Of a DNA stretch of 64,000 bases, positions 25,346-37,511 are shown piece after piece. Source of the DNA: Camelus dromedarius (lineage: Eukaryota); the NCBI RefSeq assembly GCF_036321535.1, contig NC_087437.1, positions 42,224,001-42,288,000 on the forward strand, read 5' to 3'. The notes under the pieces were generated by a model. The model saw only the letters and a list, made by a program, of their open reading frames with translations, was not told where the DNA came from and did no database searches. The position numbers were made by a program, and so were the translations under genes. Every line of letters begins with the position of its first letter. Position 1 is the stretch's first letter.

Positions 25346-28300
25346 AGATCAGCTGGGTTACAGAATGAGGGATATTGTTATCCCAATTACAATAAAGACC
25401 AACTTGCAGTTGGAATTCTTACAGCCTAGATGTCTATGAAGTCAGCTCTCCAAGCAGTGACGGACTCAGGAATGGACATGTGACTAACTCTGGCCAGTGA
25501 AACAGGAGAAGAAGTATGCTGAGGGGCATCTGGGGACAGTCTTCCCATCCCTAATGGACAGCTGCCATTCTCCCCCTTTTGGACTTTGTCTTGACTAGCT
25601 GTGACACCCAGAATCACTACAGCCACTAACCTGAGGATGAAGCCAACACTGAGGACCACAAGGCCAAGAGACGGAAAGAATCAGATCAACCAACCCTGGA
25701 GCCTGCCCCACCCCTGGACTTCCTGTGATGAAAGACGAATTTTCCTACTGTGTCTGCCTATCACAGATGGGGTTTCTGTGAATTGAAGCGAAAGTATCCT
25801 AATTAATTCAATTATGTTCTCCCCCACCTCAAATTTCTTTTAGTAACAAATATAATACTGAACCACTGACTCCTCCATGTGGGGAATTTCATGCATCTTT
25901 TAACAAGACATAATCACAATACTTTACCTTTCCCCGACAAGTCATCAGGGGTTGAGACTGCCATATCAAATCAGAAAAAAGGAATGATATTGCCCAGTTA
26001 GTTATTCTTCAACATTTACTCTCCCCTCAACAAGGCAAACACCCTGAAGGCACCAGCCCTGCTTCTGGAGCCATTCCTCCTAGGCTCTTCCTGACAACAT
26101 GGCAGACACTGCAGAGCACCCACCTTGCAGCCGTTCCATCCACTCATCCTCTCTGTGATCAGAACCTTGACATTGTTCAGCTGTCAGGAGACTGCATGCT
26201 TTAGAAAAGGCTAGACCTTTCCCCAGTCCTAGGGAGGATAATCACAATTAATCTAAAACAATCATGGAAATTCCGTTTTCCTTGCCAGTGAATGATTCAG
26301 GAATGAGCATGTCTATAATTCTGAACACTGAGTGTGGAAGAGTTTTTCTCAGTCTTAAAACAGGACACAAGGGAGCCTTTAATGTGGTGAAGTACTTGAA
26401 TCTGCTGCAGCCATCCTGCGAGCCCGGGGTCAAAAGCCAACGTTACAAGCAAAGCGTAGCAGAAAAATGAGGGACCTGCCTCCTCAGAGATGGCAAGGAG
26501 CCCCTGACTTAACCAAGCCTGGAATCACCCTACCTTGGGCTTTTTGTTATTGGTGCCAATGGAGTTGATCTTCTGTTAAAAGCTGCTGAAACCACGCCAA
26601 CTGGAATCCTCACTAATAAATTGCTTTGGGCAGACTGCATCTGGTTCCCTCCACTTGTCTAAACAGGTTAAGGAAAAAGAGCACGATGCTTCTTCTGGAC
26701 TGAATCTCTGAAAGAGTATACATACTACCCACTGGTAAGTGATTTGATGGAATCTATGATGGCTGTATGGCTGCAGACTTATTTTAAAACATGAGGCCAG
26801 CCTAATGAATAATCCAGAGTATTCTATACTTCCAAGACAAATTTGTATATATTTTAGAGCACAGGCTGTTAAAACAATCACTTTAAAATTTGCATCAGAG
26901 ATTATATTAAAATATTCAAGTCTCTTAATACATTTAGAAAATGTATTATGAGACAATTTTTTGGTCATTGTTTCACTCACATTTTCAGGTGATTTGTTGC
27001 TACTTAATTCAGCATTCCTTAATTATCAAAGCAAAATATGAGAACCAGTTTTAGATAAAGCAGTTTTGTTCTTATTGTCCCATCTTCACCAGCAGGAAAT
27101 ACTCTAAGTTTGCTAAAAAACAAACAAACAAACAAAAAAACCTCTTCTCTAATTCTGTATCTGTCACATTCTTGTATTTGTTCTTTTTTGCTTGGACACA
27201 TTTTAGAGTCCCCCAGATGTGGTGATTATTACTTTATACATTGTCACAAGGAATAATGAAAATAATTATTATCTCACTAGTATAAAGAATGTGGAAAATC
27301 AGATCTATCTGATACCAGTGTATATACTAGCACACTGCACTAAACGGCCTGTTTTCTAAGAGATAACATTAAAGGATTTTGGTTTTGATTAGGGGGTCAA
27401 GTGTCACAGAAGTAAGTTATGTTCATAGCTGAGTTGGTGGAGCTTATGCTAACACTGGGTTTTGTTTGTTTGTTTTCCTAGAACTACATTGGAAATCTCA
27501 TCTTCACGTGACCCCTTGCTCTTGTTCTAGCATAGCCCACCCCAGTGGCGTCTGACACTTGCGCTGTAGAATCAGACAAACCTAAGGGCAAGACTGGCTC
27601 TTCCACCTGCTAGCCCTGTGACCGCAGTCTCTTCATATGTAAACGGATGATTATCCCTATCCTTTCGTCCCAAGGTTTTTGTGGGGATTAAGTGAACATG
27701 CAAATCAGAGCACCCGGAATTGAGCACCCTCCTCCCCTTCCACATTATTACTTCCCTAGAGTGACACCTGCCCCCCACGAGAAGAATGCCCAAGTGCAAA
27801 CGGCCCCACATCCAAGTCACCCTTCACTTCCCAGTCCTGTGATGAGCTTCCCATGTGTGGGGGGTGGTGGGGGTGGTGGTAAAGGGCCTTCCTCTTGTAT
27901 TTCTTCCCAATCTTCACCCACTGCCTGTGCCCCTCCTGGAGGGGTTGTGGAGACAGGTAATGTGCGGCGGTTATAGGAAAGGGGAAAATCTACAAAACTG
28001 GGAAGCAAAGGATGTAGAAGCCAAATGATCAGCTTCACAAATTACCCTTATACCTTCAGTTCACTTCACAGTCAGAAACAAATTGAATTTAATACGTTGA
28101 ATCAAATTCTTGAGGTAGAAAGGAAATTTACTTTTTAAGGAAGTCTGTGATAAATCTCTTTTTAAAATAAAGACTCCTTTGCAATCTCTTAAATTTATCC
28201 ATTTCGTAGGCTTGGGAGTTCGGTACATTCATTGATTTTCACTAAAAACAGGAAGTCCTTGAATCCTGTTTTCTACTTACATTTCTATTTTAACTAGGTC

Positions 28301-28652
28301 GTTTTCAGTTTTGACATAGATATGACTTTGTAGGGGATTTTAATAATAAACAGGAATCTGGTATGGAACTCAGCATAAAAACACCAGAGGCTTTCTTAAT
28401 TTTAACTTTTCATTTTTTAAAAGAAGCTTATTGAGTCTGTAGAACTCGCTAGGCAGTGTCTCAGCACTTCACATATATCAATAATTTCCTCACAAGCCCC
28501 CTGCCAGGTGGGTGCTAATGTCTGAGACACCGAGAGGCTGCAACATGCATCTTTGCCCTCTTCACTTTTGTTTTATCCAAACAGAGAATTTGAAGCCATT
28601 TTTTCTCTCCCATCTTTAAACACTTGGGGCTTTGAAGAAAATAAGAGAACCT

Positions 28653-28665
28653 CGCCACCTGCTGG
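28653..28665 (-). promoter_or_regulatory. CTCF core motif
   Basis: Minus strand reads CCAGCAGGTGGCG, matching CCASYAGRKGGCR, in non-repetitive intergenic DNA. Confidence 0.55.
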
Positions 28666-30514
28666 CTCCTCCTGGTATGAGACAATAAGGTGGCCCCTTT
28701 CTGGTCTCAAGGAGGGCAGAGGAGAGAGTGCCTCCCCTTGCTACTCAAGCCTGTCCAGGCACCTGTCAAACAGCTGAGCTGGCCTCTCCTGAAGGGTCAC
28801 TGTCTTTAAAAATCTCTTTCCTTGCTCTGCCCAGATACATCCTGATAAAACCTGAAGTAGCAGAATAGAAGAACTCTATTCTTCAAGTGATGAAGTTTCA
28901 CGGGACAAAATCCATCAGTGATGGGCTAGAACTCCCCTGATTTTATTTCATTTTCAAAAAGATCAGATATGCAGTAGTCATGCCCTTTAAGACCAGAAGG
29001 ACCAGAAAATTGTCATTCTAAACTATCCACTTCGAAGCTGTGTCCTGTCTTGGGCTTTACCTCTAAAGCAGAGAAAGGGACATGCAGGTATCCCTTGTTT
29101 CAAACAATTCATGGACTTCAAATGTTGCATGTAAATTGAATGTTTGAATTTCTAACCATAATGATTATCTGGGTACATTGTTTTCTTAAATACTTAATTC
29201 ATAAATCGCAGTTTTTGAAATTTAGCTTTCTCAACTCTGGATAGAGGTTCTATTCATGGTTTCCAGTTGCCTGTGGATGGATGTGTGCTCAGCGAGCTGT
29301 ATCAGAATCATTTGGTGAAATTTGGGGAAAACATTTGGGGAAACACAAAAGGATTCCTGGGTCCCTCTCCAAAGATGCTGCTTCAGCAGGTCTGTGGTGA
29401 AGCCCAGGCGTCAGCATTTCTAAATGCTCCCCAGGAAGCACTGATGAGCAGTGAGCCCACCTTTGCTGACCATAATAAAGAGCATTGGTGCTTAACATAC
29501 AAATTGGGTACTGTTTTCACTCACCAGGTCAGTAAACAAGAACAGAAGTAGTAACCATCCCCAATGATCACATCAGGAACAGGGAGTTCTCCTTCCTGCT
29601 GCCCAGAATGAGAACTGGGGGCAAACGTTCAGGAAAGTAATCAGTTATTTTTAACATCGAAAATGTTAAATCAGCCTAGTAATCCTAATGTAAGACCCAG
29701 AATATAAGGATCAAGGACAAAGATGTTCATTGTAGCATGACTTGTAGTGACAAATAACTGGGAACAAACGAATGGCGGGATAAACTAGGGTCTTGTCAGA
29801 TGGTGAGGTATTATGCAGTATTTCAGAAGAATCAATTAGATCTACATCTTTTTATCTGGAAAGGGGTCTATGTACTTTTAAATCAATGAGTTTCTGAGTT
29901 TTATACACACACACGTGTGTGTGTGTGCATATATATATAATTATATATATATATATATTCCCATTTATAAAATTAAAACATTAATAAAGCTGGAATATGG
30001 CTACATATGCTTGTGTAAGCAGAAAGCTATAAAAGGGCACTTCAATTTATCATTGAATTCTTCATGGTGGGAGGAGAGTGAAAGGATTATTGATTCTTAA
30101 CTTTTTCTTCATATGTTTCTACATTTCACTCATCACAACCAACATGAATTTCTTTTGCAATTCAAAAGACCCAATAAGGCATGTTTTTTTAAAAAAAACA
30201 CTTTGGTAGATCACAGAGTAGTGCATTCTCCCCCTGCCCAAATCTCTGGCTTGGCATGATTACCAATACCATTCAGATGAAATTTAAATGATAAACTATT
30301 AGGAATATATGAGATTATGTTGTAAGGTATAAAAAACTGTGCTAATGAGAATCAACACTTTGGACACATATCTGGATTAAGAGCATCACCATTACCTTTG
30401 ATGCTCCCTTGAGATCTTCAACATTCACACCCTGTCCCTTCACTTTGGAATTAGGTCTTTTTCATACTAGTGATTTTCTTCATAGATTCATACATTTGTA
30501 TCCTAAACAATACA

Positions 30515-32605
30515 TATCTGGCTGAGTAATATTTCATTGTATGTATATATCACATTTTCTTTATCCATTCATCAAGATAAAAATGGATATTTGGATTGTT
30601 TCTTCCTTTGGTCTATTGTAAATAGTGCTGCTATGAAGATTCGTGTTCAAGTATTTAAATATGTTTTTATTGCTCTTGGAGATCCACTTATGGGTAGAAC
30701 TGCTAGGTCATATGGTAATTCTATGTTTAACTTTCTGAGAAACCATCAAATTGTTTCTCACAGAAGCTACACCATTTTAAACTCTCAACAACAATGTATG
30801 ATGGTGCCAATTTCTCCACATCCTCACCAACAATTGTTGTTGTCTTTTTTTAATAGTAGTCATCCTAATTGGTATAAATTGATGTCTCATTGTAGTTTTG
30901 ATCTTTGTCTAGTTTTTAATTGTGTTATTTGTCTTTCTGTTGTTAAGTTGTAAGAGTTCTTTATGTAGTCTGGCTATAAGTCCTTTGTATGTCCCAAATA
31001 TGATTTGCGAATATTTTCTCACATTCTGAAGGCTGGCTTTTCACTTTCTTGATAATGTTTTTATGTACAAAAGTTTTTAACTTGATGAAGTCCAGTTTGT
31101 CTATTTTTTCTTCTGTTGCTCATACTTTTGATATCATATCTAAAATCCAACGTCAAATACAAATACAAGAGAGGGTTTACTTCTATGTTTTCTAAGAATT
31201 TAGTTTTTGCTCTTCTATTTAGGTCTATGATCCTTTTTGAGTTAATTTTTTATACGGAGTAAGATAGAAATCCAAGTTCATTCTTTGGCATATGGATATT
31301 CAATTGTTCTAGCAATGTTTATTAAAGAGACTATTCTTTCCTCCACAGAAGGGCATTGGCACTCTTGTCAAAAATCAGCTGGTCAAAGATGTATGGGTTT
31401 GTTACTGGACTCTCAGTTTTATTCCATTTGTCCATCTGTCTATCCTTATGCTAATATAACACTGTTTTGATTACTGTAATATATTTTGAAATCAGGAAAT
31501 GTGATGCCTACAGCTTTGTTCTTGCTCAAGATTGCTTTGGCTATTCAGGGTATTTTATGGTTCCATATGAAATAAGAGAAATCTTTTTCTATTTCTGTAA
31601 AAAATGACATTAGGATTTTGATAGAGGTTACACTGAAGCTTTTAAATTTAATTAGGTTCTATGTGTTTATTTCTGCTTTTGTTTCTTTTGCCTTAGAAGA
31701 CAAATCCAAAAAAAAAAAGTATTGCTACAATTTATGCCAAAGAGTGTTCTGCCTATGTTCTCTTCTAAGAGTTTTACAGTTTCAGAACTTACATTTAAGA
31801 CTTTAATCCGTTTTGAGTTTGTTTTTGTATATGGTGTGAGGAAATGCTCTAATTTCATTCTTTTACATGTAGCTGTTTAATTTTCCCAGCACCACTTACT
31901 GAAGAGACTGTCTTTTTTTTTTTGAAACTTTTTTTGTTGAGTTCTAGTCATTTTACAATGTTGTGTCAAATTCCAGTGTAGAGCATATTTTTTCAGTTAT
32001 ACATGAACATACATATATTCATTGTCACATTTTTTTTTGAGACTGTCTTTTCTCCGTTGTACATTCTTGCTTCCTTCGTCATAGATTAATTGCCCATGGG
32101 TGTGTGGGTTCATTTGTGGGCTTTCTATTTTTGTTCTATTGATCTACATGCCTGTTTTTGCACCAGTACCACACTGTTTTGATTACTGTATTGGGATAAA
32201 ATATCCATAACATAAAATTTACCATTTAACCATTTTTGAGTGTACAAGTCAGTGGCATTAAGTACATTCACACAGTTGTGCAACCATCACTGCTAGCCAT
32301 CTCCAGAACATTTCACTATCCCAAACTAAAACTTTGTAACCACTAAATAATAACTCCTCATTTTTCCCTTCCCCCAGCCCCTGGTAATCACCATACTACT
32401 TTCTTTTTTCATGAATTTGACTATTTTAGATACTTCATGTAAAGAGAGTTAGGCAATTTTTGTTCTTTCATGTCTGGTTTGATTTAGCATAATGTCTTCA
32501 AGGTTCCATGCATGTCGAAGCATGGGTCAGAATTTCTTTTTAAGGCTGAATAATATTCCCTTATAGGTACAGACCACATTTTGTATATTCACTTATCTGT
32601 TGATC
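30515..32605 (-). mobile_element. Cluster of nested or tandem LINE-1 fragments
   Basis: Old L1 at ~30515-31635. A second ORF2 segment at ~31636-32190 ([15 protein letters not shown]). A further L1 3'UTR-type piece at ~32190-32605. Confidence 0.82.
31917..32038 (-). mobile_element. ~120-bp L1 3' tip nested inside another L1
   Basis: Similar to the 3' end of the 33644-35307 L1. TSD GAGACTGTCTTTT at 31904-31916 and 32039-32051. Confidence 0.85.
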
Positions 32606-32849
32606 ATATCATTTGGCTTTAATGGTCACTATTTGCTTTACTATAAATCTTGATGTCTGGTACATATGTCCCTCTTTAGGGCTCTGTTTCAAAATAACAC
32701 GGACATTTTTGTTTTTAATTCACAAACTTTGTGCAACATAAGTATCTCTCATTATGATATTTTCAGGCAAAGTTTAGAAGGGAAAAAGTCACATTTGCAT
32801 GTACAAAACTCAGTTTGGCAGTTTAAACAAATACTCTGGGAAAAGCCTC

Positions 32850-33626
32850 AAATTTTATTCCAAATACAATTAATTGAGACAAAAACTACATGTTTTAAGA
32901 GGGCTTAATTTAAAAAAGTTATATAAATTTTTATTTTAAAATTTACTACAAATATATAATGAAATCTTAAGTATCCTGTATAAAGAGTTATTTGTCAGTC
33001 CTTTGAATCTTTCATTCAGAGTATCTTCAGTGCTTTGGGCCAGCCTAGTTTTTGGTGGTGAAAAGCACAAGTCATTCAGAAATGGTTCCTTGTTCACTAA
33101 ATAGAATTTGCTTAGTGAAATGATACATTTCGAATGGAATTTTCTTATTCCCAGCAAATGTGAGTGTACAGGACGTGTCCTCCAAGGCCCTGCACTGTGC
33201 ACACTGCATTTGTACCCTGCATACGTTGACAATGACTTCTCAGTACTGTCCTTTTCCCTTTCAGTTTTGGCAATGAGGTCCCTCACAGCAACCTGCAGTG
33301 TGACACACTACACGACAGAGGGATCAATGCTCTTTTTCCTTCTGCAGGCTTCACAAGAAAAGGTGATAAAGGCAGAAAATGTTCGTCACCACACAAATGT
33401 CTAGAAACCGAGAATCTTCTAAATTCTGCTAGAAAACTGCTAGAATCAAAGATCTTTTGGCAATTTTACTTTCTTGAAATACATTGGTCACTTTTCAGAG
33501 AGATGAAAACAGCTTGTGTTGTAGAGTCTTTTTGCTGGCGCACCTGTACTCAGGCTTATTTTGCCAGCCCTGCGGGAGTATTTCTGCCGTATATTCCTCT
33601 GAAATGCCAAGGGTCAGGCTTCCAGA
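32850..33626 (-). other. TNFSF10: Ancestral TNFSF10 3'UTR, displaced downstream by the L1 insertion
   Basis: Non-repetitive sequence continuing from the L1 TSD. It resembles the human TRAIL 3'UTR as recalled (e.g. CTCTACAACACA...AAAGTGAC...AAAGATCTTT...CTAGCAGAA). AATAAA on the minus strand at 32930-32935 and 32854-32859. Confidence 0.7.
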
Positions 33627-33643
33627 GGCACTTTGTTTTCTTT

Positions 33644-35307
33644 CTTTCTTTCTTTCTCTCTTTCTTTCTTTCTTTTTTTTTTTTTTTTAACATTTTTTAT
33701 GGATTTATAAATCATTTTACAATGTTACAACATTTACAATATTTACATTTACAACGTCAAATTTCACTGTAGAGCACAATTTTTCAGTTATACATGAGCA
33801 TATACATATTCATTGTCACCTTTTTTTTTCTGTGAGCTACCATAAGATCTTGTGTATATTTCCCTGTGCTATGCAGTATAATCTTGTTTATCTATTCTAC
33901 AATTTTGAAATCCCATCTATCCCTTCCCACCCTCCACCCCCTGGGCAACCACAAGTTTGTATTCTATGTCTATGAGTCTGTTTCTGTTTTGTATTTATGT
34001 TTTTTTTTTTTAGATTCCACATATGAGTGATCTTATATGGCATTTTTCTTTCTATTTCTGGCTTACTTCACTTAGAATGACATACTCCAGGAGCATCCAT
34101 ATTGCTGCAAATGGCGTTATGTTGTCAGTTTTTATGGCTGAATAGTATTCCATTGTATAAATATACCACCACTTCTTTATCCAGTCATCCGTTGATGGAC
34201 ATTTAGGCTGTCTCCATGTCTTGGCTATTGCAAATAGTGCTGCTATGAACATTGGGGTGCAGGTGTCATCCTGAAGTAGGGTTCCTTCTGGATATAAGCC
34301 CAGGAGTGGGATTCCTGGGTCATACGGTAAGTCTATTCCTAGTCTTTTGAGGAATCTCCATACTGTTTTCCACAGTGGCTGCACCAAACTGCATTCCCAC
34401 CAGCAGTGTAGGAGAGTTCCCCTTTCTCCACAGGCTCTCCAGCATTTGTCATTTGAGGATTTTTGAATTATGGCCATTCTGACTGGTGTGAGGTGATACC
34501 TCATTGTAGTTTTGATTTACATTTATCTGATAATTAGTGATATTGAGCATTTTTTCATGTGCCTATTGATCATTTGTATGTCTTCCTTGGAGAATTGCTT
34601 GTTTAGGTCTTTTGCCCATTTTTGGATTGGGTTGTTTGGTTGTTTCTTATTAAGTCATATGAGATGCTTATATATTCTGAAGATCAAGCCTTTGTCAGTT
34701 TCATTTGCAAAGATTTTCTCCCATTCCTTAGGTTGTCTTTTTGTTTTACTTCTGGTTTCCTTTGCTGTGCAGAAGCTTGTAAGTTTAATTAGGTCCCATT
34801 TGTTTATTCTTCCTTTTATTTCTATTGCTTGGGTAGACTGCCCTAGGAGAATATTTTTGAGATGTATGTCAGATAATGTTTTGCCTATATTTTCTTCAAG
34901 GAGGTTTATTGTATCTTGTCTTGTGTTTAAGTCTTTAATCCATTTTGAGTTTATTTTTGTGTATGGTGTAAGGGAGTGTTCTAGTTTCATTAATTTACAT
35001 GCTGCTGTCCAGTTTTCCCAACACCATTTGCTGAAGAGACTGTCTTTATTCTATTGTATATTCTTGTCTCCTTTGTCGAAGATTAGTTGACCAAAAGTTT
35101 GTGGGTTCATTTCTGGGCTCTCTATTCTGTTCCATTGGTCTACACGTCTGTTTTTGTACCAATACCATGCTGTCTTGATGACTGTAGCTCTATAGTATTG
35201 TCTGAAGTCTGGGAGAGTTATTCCTCCAGCCTCTTTCTTTCTCTTCAGTAATTCTTTGGTAATTCAGGTTCTTTGATGGGTCCATATAAATTCTATTATG
35301 ATTTGTT
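33644..35307 (-). mobile_element. 5'-truncated young LINE-1 (ORF2 3' part, 3'UTR and A-rich tail) in the TNFSF10 3'UTR
   Basis: ORF2 peptides [15 protein letters not shown]...[18 protein letters not shown] and [17 protein letters not shown]-rich tail at 33644-33688. TSD GGCACTTTGTTTTCTTT at 33627-33643 and 35308-35324. Confidence 0.95.
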
Positions 35308-35333
35308 GGCACTTTGTTTTCTTTGTGGATCAT

Positions 35334-35785
35334 TTAGCCAATTAAAAAGGCCCCAAAAAAACTGGCTTCTTGGTCCATGTCAATCAATTGCTCATTAGTT
35401 ACAGACACAAAAATTCGGTCATTTTCCTTGAGCTCAAATATTCCACCTTGATAGATAGAATAGAGCCCATATTCCGAATCTTTAGACCAACAGCTATTTC
35501 TAGCACTCTTCATCAGCAGTATAGGGTCAGGATAGCTTGTGCATTTGTAAATATATTGTACCATTTGTTTGTTTTTCTTTCTGTTCTCTTCTGTTGCAGC
35601 GGTTCCCAAAATTTCTTCAGGTTCTTGAAATCGAAAGTATGTTTGGGAATAGATGTAATAAAACCCTGTTTGATGGATAACCAGCTCTCCATTCCTCAGG
35701 TGCAGATTATTCAAGAATGAATGTCCTTTTCTTGATGACTCCCATGAGTTTATTTTTTGGCCCAAAGCTTTTTCATTCTTGGAGC
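35334..35785 (-). CDS. TNFSF10: TRAIL coding exon 5 (TNF homology domain)
   Basis: Acceptor TTCAG|GC. Encodes (S)SKNEKALGQKINSWESSRKGHSFL...YYIYSQTYFRFQ...ARNSCWSK (Zn-binding Cys)...FFGAFLIG-TAA in 452 nt. Total CDS is 870 nt, i.e. 289 aa. Confidence 0.98.
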
Positions 35786-37406
35786 CTGAATGAAGTTTTA
35801 GAGAGAAGTAGTTAGTTTATAGCAAAGCAAGGAGTTTCCCTACAGCTGTGTCTAGCCAGTTTTTTGGTTAGGATTGTAAAGGAATTCCATCTAATATAGA
35901 ACTTCTTGCTCCTTCAGTCTTACAAGGATTCTACATCCTGGTTGTATAGAAATCTGGAGGCTCCTGTGTCATTGTGAGCCGTTGGGAGCCCCTTACTTTG
36001 TGTACCTCATCTGCCACTTGGCCACACTTGTCACACTCAGTTCTGAATGGCATCACAGGGATGCTTCACTCAGTTGGCAATCTTTACTCCTGGGCAGAAT
36101 TTATGTCCTGAAGCCCTGCCTCCTTTCCTGTACTGGTGAGCTCAAGTCACCAATGTCGAAGGAAACCAAAAGAGACATATCTATTTCCTCAAGACTAGAG
36201 CTCAGAAATTCCTGCTATTCTTTTGAGTCTCTTTGGATCTTTCCTTGGTCTTTCTCAGCAACCCAGAGCCAAAGCAACATCCAAGCAGAAGGCATCTCTA
36301 GTCCACAATAAGACTGGATACAAGGTTTGGCAAAGAGAGCCCAGATTTCAAGACTTTCAGATCTCTGTATCTTTAAATCCCAAAGACTTTGAATGAAAAG
36401 GGGCCCTACTAAAATAGTATATTCCTTTAAACTTTGGGCTCATCTCCATGACTGGTGCAAAATTTAATTTCCAAGAGTTTAAAACAACTATCATATTAGT
36501 CGATTAACAGTAAACAGTAATAGTGGAATAATGATCTCACTTGTAGGCAGAACATGTCAATCATTTATAAAACACGAGTTCAGGAATACCATGAAGGCAA
36601 CTGCCCAGGGGAAAAAACAAACAGAAACCAACCAACCAACAGAAAAGCCCAACAATCTTTTCATGCGTTAACTGATGCCTGACATTTCTTTAAACCTGGA
36701 CAAAACATTTCATGATAGTAAAAGCACTACTTAATGTGCACTTATTAGTCACCAGCATTTCACATTAATCTTCACTGTTTTACAAGTTAAAGATTATCTC
36801 TACTTTGTATATGAAGAAACTAAGCTTGATTTGATTGAGTAATTTGCTCAGAACATATAACTAAGTCAGGAGGAACCGGGATGCCAATGTGGGTAGTTAG
36901 AAAGACCCATGCACTAACTACGGCACTATACGCACACCTGTTCTACAGCTAAAAGTTAGCCTTAATATGTTTGGTTGAATTATTTGAAACTGACATTTCT
37001 TGTAAGTGCGAAATGATCAAATCTTGGCAACTTTTTATGGTTCAGCCTTGTGCCACTAGGCAGGCTTAGTGACTCGTGGGGAAAATAGATAACTCATTTC
37101 GAACCTTGAAGAGGAGAAAATTTTGGTGAAAGTGAAAGAGAGAGAAATTAAAGAAGCACAAAATGTGTGTATGGGAAACTCTAAGACAAAGTTCTCCCAG
37201 TTCAGGATTTTCTTGAGGCCGGTTATGCCCGGGTAGTAACTGAGCTATTCATCTTATAATCTTGCTTTTGAAAAGAGTCAATCTGAGACCTAGTTACCTC
37301 TGAGCATTTTGTAGACAGTCATATAAACACTTCAGATACAAGTTAAAAGAATAAATTATTTGGAAAAAGCCCTTCTTTAAGCCATATATGTATTGTTTTC
37401 TCTTAC

Positions 37407-37511
37407 TTATTGCTGAGAATGTGCTTCTTCTCCGATTTGTCCCGGTTATGTGAGCAGCTACCCTCTGAGGACCTTTTTCTCTTTCTAAGTGAGGAATGTT
37501 CTGTTGCTTTT
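37407..37511 (-). CDS. TNFSF10: TRAIL coding exon 4
   Basis: Acceptor TTTTTTAG|. Encodes (E)KQQNIPHLEREKGPQRVAAHITGTNRRRSTFSAI plus 1 nt in 105 nt. Donor TAA|GTAAGA. Confidence 0.95.

Noticed and set aside
34052..35090. ORFs of 111-192 aa beside TRAIL exon 5
   Set aside because: L1 ORF2 fragments and their antisense shadow, not host exons. The element is 5'-truncated and non-autonomous.
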